Source: Blastocatellia bacterium (GTDB lineage Bacteria; Acidobacteriota; Blastocatellia; UBA7656). Taken from it: DNA of 57,044 bases. Below are positions 14,378 through 21,116 of this stretch, one piece after another (position 1 is the stretch's first letter; the number at the start of each line of letters is the position of its first letter). The notes beneath the pieces were generated by a model, which did not search any database, had not been told where the DNA came from, and saw only the letters and a list, made by a program, of their open reading frames with translations. Both the position numbers and the translations under genes were made by a program. The stretch is taken from NCBI GenBank assembly GCA_035576605.1, contig DATLWF010000598.1, positions 1 through 57,044 on the forward strand, in the 5' to 3' direction.

Positions 14378-16942
14378 ATGCAAGCCAATAGAAAAGGCGT
14401 TCGATCCCCCAACTTGCTGCGATCCATTTCTTTGGTCCTGTTCTTTACGATGACGGCATTCTCGTTAACGGGTAACTTGCCCCTCGCCCTTGCTCAGTCG
14501 CTTGGCACGGCAGGGACGATCGAGGGAGTTGTGACGGACCCGACCGGCGCTGTGGTTCCCGGCGCGAGCGTGAAGATTGAAAACCGCATCACCGGCTATC
14601 AACGAACAACCAGCACTGACTCAAACGGGGCGTTTCGCTTCGATAACATACCGCCGAACAACTATCAGGTAACTGTCTCGGCGACAGGTTTCGGCGCTGC
14701 GCAACAACAGGTTGAAGTTCGGTCCTCGGTTCCTCAAGGCTTGAACATAGCACTGACTGTGGCGGGAACCGCGGCCTCGGTTGAGGTGTCTGGTTCGGCC
14801 GACATTATCGAGACTGTTCCTACAACTCACACGGACATAGATCAAACGCTGATCGCGAGAATGTCGCTCAGCACGCCCGGCTCGGGGTTGAGCGATGTTA
14901 TCACCAAAAGCGCACCTGGCGTAGCCGCGGACTCTAACGGGTTCGTTCATCCGCTTGGCGATCACGCGCAAGTATCGATGTCTTTGGACAATCAGCCGAT
15001 CAACGACCAGCAGAGCAAAGCTTTCTCTACGCAACTTCCCGTCAACGCAATTCAATCGCTAGAGGTAATAACCGGGGGGCCGCCCGCCGAATATGGCGAC
15101 AAGACAAGCCTGGTGATCAATGCAACCACCAAATCGGGACTGGGCGCTAGCAGACCGTTTGGCAGCATTTCGGGACTGTACGGAAGCTTCGGAACGACGC
15201 AAGAACAGGGTACCTTCGGATTCGGAAACAAGAGGGCAGGCAATTTCACGGCGTTCGACTTCGAGCGGTCCGGCCGCTTTCTCGATCCTCCGGAGTTCGT
15301 TGCTCTGCACGACAAGGGCAAGTCCGCGACAATCTTTGACCATTTCGACTACAACCCGACATCCAATGACGCCTTGCACTTGAACCTGTATTGGGCGCGA
15401 AACTTCTTTCAGACGGCAAACACGGTTGACCAGGAAGCTCTAGGGCAAGACCAGCGGCAACTCGTCCACACGATCAACATTGCGCCAGGATACGTGCACA
15501 CGTTCAGTCAGTCGCTGCTGTTGACCATCAATCCGTTCTACAGGCTTGATGTGGTCAAATACCTTCCGAGCGCCAATCCATTCTCCGATGAGACCCAGAC
15601 GATCGCACAGTCGCGCCGGCTCAATAACGTCGGAATCAAGGCCGATGTGGCTTACAACCACGGGATCCACAACGTAAAGGTTGGCGTTCAGGTTACGCAC
15701 ACATTCCTGACTGAGGGGTTTCAGTTTGGGATAACCGATCCGGCATTCAACGATCCTGCGAGCGACAGCTTCATACCTGGACTTGCTCCGTTCGACCTGA
15801 CGCGCGGAGGCCGTCTGTTTACGTTTCGCGGCCACACGGATGTAAAGCAAGAGGCAGTATATGCCCAGGACCTAATCACCATTCACGACCTGTCGTTGAA
15901 TCTTGGGGTCCGCTTCGACAATTACAACGGCATCAGCCACGGCAATCTTTGGCAACCGCGAGTCGGCGCCGCGTATCACATAAAACCGGCCAACACCGTG
16001 CTGCGTTTCGCGTACACGCGGACTTTCGAGACTCCGTATAACGAGAATCTGATCTTGTCGAGCGCGACCGGAGGAGGCGGGCTGGCGGACGGAATACTCG
16101 GCAACGCGACGGCTCAACCGCTTAAGCCGGGGAGGCGAAATCAGTTCAACACTGGCATCCAGCAGGGAATCGGACGATACATAATTGTGGATGCAGACTA
16201 CTTCTGGAAGTACACGCAAAACGCGTATGACTTCAACGTCATTCTGAACACGCCGGTCGCGTTTCCAATCTCGTGGAATAAATCCAAGCTCGATGGCGTT
16301 TCGGTGCGAGTCAATCTTGCCAACTACAAAGGCCTGTCCGCCTTCTTTGTAGCCGGGCACACACGAGCGCGGTACTTCCCGCCCGAGAGTGGCGGCTTGT
16401 TCTTCAACTCGGATTTGCCGGAAGGCGTATTCCGAATTGATCACGACCAGGCATTCCAGCAGACGACTCAGGTGCAGTACCAGTTCAATCAATTCAAAAA
16501 GCTGGCGCCTTACGTCGCATTTACGTGGCGCTACGATAGCGGGCTAGTTGCAGGCTCGGTTCCAGACTTTGACACGGCACTCACTTTCACGCCGGATCAA
16601 CAGGCGCAGATCGGATTGTTCTGCGGCAGCGTCTTCGCGACGCCGACTCAGGGTTTGACCGGTTGCACGGACCCCAATCGCGGTGCGACTCGTGTGCGCA
16701 TTCCTGCCGATGGCACAGCGAATGATGACCATAATCCGCCTCGCATCGCACCGCGCCATTTGTTCGACGCCAGCGTCGGAACAGATAACCTATTCCGGAC
16801 TGAACGCGCGAAAGTGACGCTGCGGCTGACAGGAATCAACCTGGCGAACAAGGAAGCGCTGTACAACTTTCTCTCAACCTTCAGCGGCACCCACTTCGTA
16901 ACGCGCCGCGCCTTCCAGGCGCAGTTAGGCTTAACTTTCTAG
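14378..16942 (+). CDS. TonB-dependent receptor with N-terminal carboxypeptidase-regulatory-like domain
   Basis: This is track ORF 14252..16942. ATG 14378 follows AAGGAGAG. It has a signal peptide, a CarboxypepD_reg segment (GTIEGVVTDPTGAVVPGASVKIENRITGYQR...YQVTVSATGF), a plug (…IQSLEVITGGPPAEYGDKTS) and a beta-barrel ending in ...LGLTF. Confidence 0.9.
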   Translation: MQANRKGVRSPNLLRSISLVLFFTMTAFSLTGNLPLALAQSLGTAGTIEGVVTDPTGAVVPGASVKIENRITGYQRTTSTDSNGAFRFDNIPPNNYQVTVSATGFGAAQQQVEVRSSVPQGLNIALTVAGTAASVEVSGSADIIETVPTTHTDIDQTLIARMSLSTPGSGLSDVITKSAPGVAADSNGFVHPLGDHAQVSMSLDNQPINDQQSKAFSTQLPVNAIQSLEVITGGPPAEYGDKTSLVINATTKSGLGASRPFGSISGLYGSFGTTQEQGTFGFGNKRAGNFTAFDFERSGRFLDPPEFVALHDKGKSATIFDHFDYNPTSNDALHLNLYWARNFFQTANTVDQEALGQDQRQLVHTINIAPGYVHTFSQSLLLTINPFYRLDVVKYLPSANPFSDETQTIAQSRRLNNVGIKADVAYNHGIHNVKVGVQVTHTFLTEGFQFGITDPAFNDPASDSFIPGLAPFDLTRGGRLFTFRGHTDVKQEAVYAQDLITIHDLSLNLGVRFDNYNGISHGNLWQPRVGAAYHIKPANTVLRFAYTRTFETPYNENLILSSATGGGGLADGILGNATAQPLKPGRRNQFNTGIQQGIGRYIIVDADYFWKYTQNAYDFNVILNTPVAFPISWNKSKLDGVSVRVNLANYKGLSAFFVAGHTRARYFPPESGGLFFNSDLPEGVFRIDHDQAFQQTTQVQYQFNQFKKLAPYVAFTWRYDSGLVAGSVPDFDTALTFTPDQQAQIGLFCGSVFATPTQGLTGCTDPNRGATRVRIPADGTANDDHNPPRIAPRHLFDASVGTDNLFRTERAKVTLRLTGINLANKEALYNFLSTFSGTHFVTRRAFQAQLGLTF

Positions 16943-16968
16943 GGCGAAGCAGAATGGTAGAGGCCCTA

Positions 16969-17009
16969 GCCGAGCCGGAACCGGGAGCCATCCCGCGTTC
17001 CGGCTCGGC
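16969..17009 (+). terminator. strong GC hairpin after the receptor gene (terminator-like, no U-tract)
   Basis: GCCGAGCCGGAAC (16969-16981) pairs with GTTCCGGCTCGGC (16997-17009). An inner CGGGA/TCCCG extension is possible. It starts 27 nt after the stop codon. Confidence 0.45.
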
Positions 17010-17051
17010 ATTGAAACGACCTGGAAAGCCTTCCGATTCTTTCTAGAAGCG

Positions 17052-17272
17052 GTGATGTCGAAGGACCAGAATCTGGTATTCCCCACGGACACTCGCACGG
17101 CGGGCTACACCACTTTCAACGCGACTGGTTCCTATACGATCGCGCAGCAGCACCTTGCGCGGATCATTTTCAGTTACCGGGTTCAACCTCGGCGACCGCC
17201 TGTATCGCAGCAATCTCTCGTTCATCAAGGAGTTCGCTCCTGAGATTGGTCGCCTACACGGTGAGATTCTTC
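17052..17272 (+). pseudogene. C-terminal remnant of a TonB-dependent receptor (at least 2 frameshifts, N-terminal ~90% missing)
   Basis: Three frames together read ...TAGYTTFNATGSYTIAQQHLARIIFS / VTGFNLGDRLYRSNLSFIKEFAPEIGR / VAYTVRFF. This is the typical last beta-strands of a TBDR ending in aromatic residues. No matching upstream barrel or plug is present. Confidence 0.5.
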
Positions 17273-17345
17273 CAGGCGTCGTCGTCTCGACTCCGGGCCG
17301 GAGAGGGTATCAGACTGTTCCAGCCCGGAGATCTGTAAGGTGGCG

Positions 17346-18365
17346 TTACGATTTGCCGACGACGATTACCACAAACGATCCCGGCTTGAGGGTACGCTGG
17401 GGGCGCCTCCCTGGTTCGGACGCCGGGGTTTCCACATACTCGGCCGCAGGAAGAAAGATCTTCTTTGTCTTGCTGTCGAAGGCCATTGTCTTCGCGCTTG
17501 GCTGTGTCTTCACCGCTCCTGCGTCTTCGTAGGCGTCCGCCGACTTCTCTCGGTAGATGCTCAAGGTCCCATCTCCGCACGAAAAGAAGATCAGACCGGC
17601 ACCCGGATCAAAACCGGCATAATCGACATTGGCGCCGATCGGAAAGCTGCTAATTACTTTTCCAGTGGTGGCGTCCATTACAACCATCTTCGGTTCATTG
17701 CGGCACCCTATGAACAGGCGCTTCGTCTTAGCATCATACGCGAGTCCGGTCGGGACCTTCGCCACGCCGATGGGAAAGCGCTTCTTGACCTCCAGCGACT
17801 TCGGGTCGAAGACCACTACTTCGGCAGTGTCCTCGCTGTTGACATAAATAAGACCATCGGCGCCGATTATCGCCTGTTCGCCGTCGCCCCCCGCCTTCAC
17901 CGTCCCTACAACGTCACCGGTCGCCGCATCGATGGCGGTGATATCGTGCGAGCCGTGATTGTTGGTGAATACGCGCTTTGAGCCTGGATCGTAGTAAATT
18001 CCGTCTGGCCCCTTGCCGACATCGATTTTCTTGATGAGCTGCAGCGTTGAGGGATCGAACATCGACACCTTATTCTCGCGCCCATTGCTCGTGAACCCAT
18101 GCTTGAAAGCCGGCGCAAGCGCAACGCCGTGTATTCCCGGCGTGTCCGGGATTGTACCCACAACCTTGCCCGTGTCCGCGTCCAGGACGTCTACCTGGGT
18201 CGCGTGCGAGAGGTAGAGCCGCCGCGCCGAACTGTCCAGCGTCACGTAGTCAAAACCGCCGTTGCCGGGAACTGGGTAACGACCCACCACCCTGTAGTTA
18301 CTCGCGCCTTGGAACATCAGCGCGACTGAAAAGAAACCCATCAAAATGCTTGAGATGGTTGGCAT
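17346..18365 (-). CDS. secreted YncE-like / YVTN-repeat seven-bladed beta-propeller protein
   Basis: The 339-aa ORF has a signal peptide and repeated blades (…GFDYVTLDSSARRLYLSH…, GIHGVALAP, GPDGIYYDPGSKRVFTNN, PTGLAYDAKTKRLFIGC, DYAGFDPGAGLIFFSC). Confidence 0.85.
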   Translation of the reverse strand: MPTISSILMGFFSVALMFQGASNYRVVGRYPVPGNGGFDYVTLDSSARRLYLSHATQVDVLDADTGKVVGTIPDTPGIHGVALAPAFKHGFTSNGRENKVSMFDPSTLQLIKKIDVGKGPDGIYYDPGSKRVFTNNHGSHDITAIDAATGDVVGTVKAGGDGEQAIIGADGLIYVNSEDTAEVVVFDPKSLEVKKRFPIGVAKVPTGLAYDAKTKRLFIGCRNEPKMVVMDATTGKVISSFPIGANVDYAGFDPGAGLIFFSCGDGTLSIYREKSADAYEDAGAVKTQPSAKTMAFDSKTKKIFLPAAEYVETPASEPGRRPQRTLKPGSFVVIVVGKS

Positions 18366-18578
18366 CGCCTTACTCCTTTAATCACGTTTCCGATTGGTCA
18401 GTTAGTGTTTACGTCATCGGGCCGCCACAAATTGGACACCTTAATGCCCTGGCCGCTACTCGAGGTACACCGGCACGACTTCCGTATTACGGGTTTTTGA
18501 AGGTTAGATTCTATCTCCCGAAGATGAATGCAGGATTAACTCGGCGGATCATATCGAGAGCTGAGACTAGGGAACTAA

Positions 18579-19526
18579 CTATTCAGCCTCCGGGCGTAAG
18601 CTCCTTAGTTTTTCCTGAATGAATTCCTTTGATGGTATGGGAGTGATCTTCCCGCCTATTTGATAGATTCGACAGCCGTACGAATAGCCTTCGTTTCTTC
18701 CGTCCAGGTCTTTTCCGTTCACTCGAATTGAAGGCGAGCCCTGGAAACCCACTTTCGCGGCCTGCGCTTGCGAGGTGACGTTGATCAGCACAATGTCCGC
18801 TCGTACCTTGCTCTCCTGCAAGGCAGCCTTAAGATTGATTAAGGCCTGCCTATGCCCAGGACAGGATTTGAAAAATAGAAACTCAACCTTCGCTTTCCCG
18901 TTTGCCTGGCTCGTAGTCGGTGGCGTTTTCATCTCGTCTAGCATCCCTTTCAGTTTGGCTCTGAACGTCGGTTCATCGAACGTTGGCGCTTTCGTGACGC
19001 CGCCGAGTTGGTGCATCCAGAACGCGGGCTGCGGGGGTTCTTCCGTCCAGCTTGCGTCAGTCCCGTACAAGAGATACACATCCCAGGCAATCGATCGCTC
19101 GGTCTTAAGAACGCGCTCCCATTGCTTGCCGGACAAAGATTCCGGGTCCAGGAAGTAAGAGACCCGTTTGTCACGAAAGCTATGTGATAGCTTCCGCGCC
19201 TCGCCTTTGAAGTCACCCCCAAAGATCGGAAGCCAGACAATGTATGCTTTCACCCTTGGATCGGTAACACTCTTGAGCGTCTTCACAATGTTGGAGAACC
19301 CCCAACGACACATCGGTCAAGTGGGAGAGATTAGAGCAACAAGCCGAACCTTGCCCTCATCGTTCTGAAAGGCTTCTCGGAATCGGTCAACACTGCCGAG
19401 CTCCGGTGTTCGAGTCTGGCGGCTCGCGGCAGCCGAGCGGTCACGCTTCTGCGCGGCATTTCCGGTATCCGCGCTGAGGGCGAATGTCACGACTGCCAAA
19501 AGTATTAGCGCCGATTGCTTTTTCAT
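18579..19526 (-). CDS. periplasmic double thioredoxin-like protein with an in-frame TGA in place of the first Cys of CxxC (candidate selenoprotein; alternatively a disrupted gene)
   Basis: Track ORFs 19317..19526 and 18579..19313 are in one frame, separated only by TGA (19317-19319) plus CCG. The joined reading is signal peptide ...GKVRLVALISPT-TGA-PMCRWGFSNIVKTL.... The C-terminal module reads VEFLFFKSCPGH...GSPSIRVNGKDL. Its ATG overlaps the merR stop (ATGA). Confidence 0.55.
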
Positions 19527-19957
19527 TTCTTCACCTCTGACCTGGTGGCATGGGTGATCTCAGCGACGACCGGGCACTTTGCGGCGGCTCCGTGTCTCGC
19601 TAGTTCGGCTTCGCACGCTTGCAGATGACGGGTAAGCGTTCGCTTGAATGTCCGCAGCCCTTTCATTCGCTGGCTAATCTCTTCCAGTTTGGCACGGAGC
19701 AAGTCCCGCATCTGTCCGCACGCGCCGATACCGCCGCCGGTTAGCAGCATTCTGATTTCATCGAGAGAAAAGCCAATCCCTTGCGCTTGCTTAATGAACC
19801 GGACGCGCTCTATCGTCTCAACGGCGAATAGACGGAAGCCGCCTTCGGAGCGCGGCGAGGGAGGCAACAACTTTCGCTTTTCGTAGTAGCGAATAGTGTC
19901 GACGCTGACGCCTGCTCGTTGTGCTACCTCACCGATGCGCCGCAAGGATTGAGTCAC
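19523..19957 (-). CDS. MerR-family heavy-metal-responsive transcriptional regulator
   Basis: The 144-aa ORF has an HTH (IGEVAQRAGVSVDTIRYYEKRKLL), a coiled-coil dimerisation helix, and Cys80, Cys115 and Cys128 (my count) in the positions used by thiophilic-metal MerR sensors. Confidence 0.9.
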   Translation of the reverse strand: MTQSLRRIGEVAQRAGVSVDTIRYYEKRKLLPPSPRSEGGFRLFAVETIERVRFIKQAQGIGFSLDEIRMLLTGGGIGACGQMRDLLRAKLEEISQRMKGLRTFKRTLTRHLQACEAELARHGAAAKCPVVAEITHATRSEVKK

Positions 19958-19963
19958 GGTAAG

Positions 19964-19995
19964 AGTCTACACTGTGGAGCCAGGTCTAGAGTCAA
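19964..19995 (-). promoter_or_regulatory. MerR-type promoter with over-long spacer (TTGACT - 20 nt - TAGACT)
   Basis: On the minus strand, TTGACT lies at 19990-19995 rc, the spacer is 20 nt, and TAGACT lies at 19964-19969 rc. The -10 box ends 6 nt before the GTG start (19957), which implies a near-leaderless merR mRNA. Confidence 0.4.
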
Positions 19996-20145
19996 GAAGG
20001 AAGTTTTCCCGACAGAAAAAACAGTACCGGCCCCGGATTAGAACACTGCCACCTGCGTTGATATTTGCGCAGAGCGCAAGGCAGCATGATACTCGCAGTC
20101 TCCGCAAGCCGTTTAACTACTTCCATACTCGAAGGAGTCTTCGCC

Positions 20146-20994
20146 ATGAACTTCGCGAAAGGATCTATGAGTCTTCGGCGTGTTTGCTGCGCCGTTATGC
20201 TGGCGTCGCTGCTAACGCTCACGGCCCGAGCGCAGAATCTCACTGCGCAGGCTGCTCAACCCGCGCAAGCGGACAACGAATATCAGACCGGCGCGGTTCT
20301 GTGGCAACAGTCGTCCGCCGAAGCGCGGGCGCTGCAATATCAGGCATATACGCTGGCTCGTCTGATGCTCGACCGGGATCTGCGGGTCAACACCAGGTTG
20401 AAGCGCCAACGCGCGGTAGTCGTCGATGTGGACGAAACCGTGCTCGACAACTCGGCTCCTCAGTCGGCGCTGGTGATCAATCGACAAGCCTTCACGTCCG
20501 CCGGCTGGACAGACTGGTGTAATCGCGCGAAAGCGCCGGCGATCGCCGGCGCAGTAGATTTTCTGCGATACGCGGCCACCCGCCATGTTCGCGTCTTTTA
20601 CGTGACCAATCGCCGCGATGCCGAGAAGGCGGGCACGATCACCAATCTCAAACGGCTCGGCTTCCCGGATGTGAGCGATGAAACCGTCGTGGTGCGAACA
20701 GACGTGTCCAGCAAGGAGCCTCGTCGTCAAAAGATCAGCGAGCGATACCGAATCGTGCTGCTCTGCGGCGACAACCTCGCTGATTTCAGCAACGTCTTTG
20801 AAGGCAAGACGACGGAGGAACGCGCCGCGGCCGTGGACGCTGCGCGCCAGAAATTTGGCGCACAGTTTATCGTCCTGCCGAACCCAATGTATGGGGATTG
20901 GGAGAACGCCATTTACGGGTACGACTCGCGGCTGAGCGAGCAAGAGAAAGCGGCGCGGCGTAAAGCGGCGCTCAAGCCGCCGTCCGCGCAGTGA
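20146..20994 (+). CDS. class C acid phosphatase / 5'-nucleotidase, lipoprotein e(P4) family (HAD superfamily)
   Basis: This is track ORF 20065..20994. ATG 20146 follows GAAGGAG. It has a signal peptide and the DDDD motifs VVVDVDETVLDNS and LLCGDNLADF. Confidence 0.88.
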   Translation: MNFAKGSMSLRRVCCAVMLASLLTLTARAQNLTAQAAQPAQADNEYQTGAVLWQQSSAEARALQYQAYTLARLMLDRDLRVNTRLKRQRAVVVDVDETVLDNSAPQSALVINRQAFTSAGWTDWCNRAKAPAIAGAVDFLRYAATRHVRVFYVTNRRDAEKAGTITNLKRLGFPDVSDETVVVRTDVSSKEPRRQKISERYRIVLLCGDNLADFSNVFEGKTTEERAAAVDAARQKFGAQFIVLPNPMYGDWENAIYGYDSRLSEQEKAARRKAALKPPSAQ

Positions 20995-21116
20995 GGGAAG
21001 AGTAGAGGTTGGACTTTCGGGATTCCGGGCCGGGAACTCCTTTTAGGAGTTCAATGTGTCTTTGATGACGGGATGTTTGTTCGACGCATCCAGACTTGCT
21101 AACCTATCCGCAAAGT

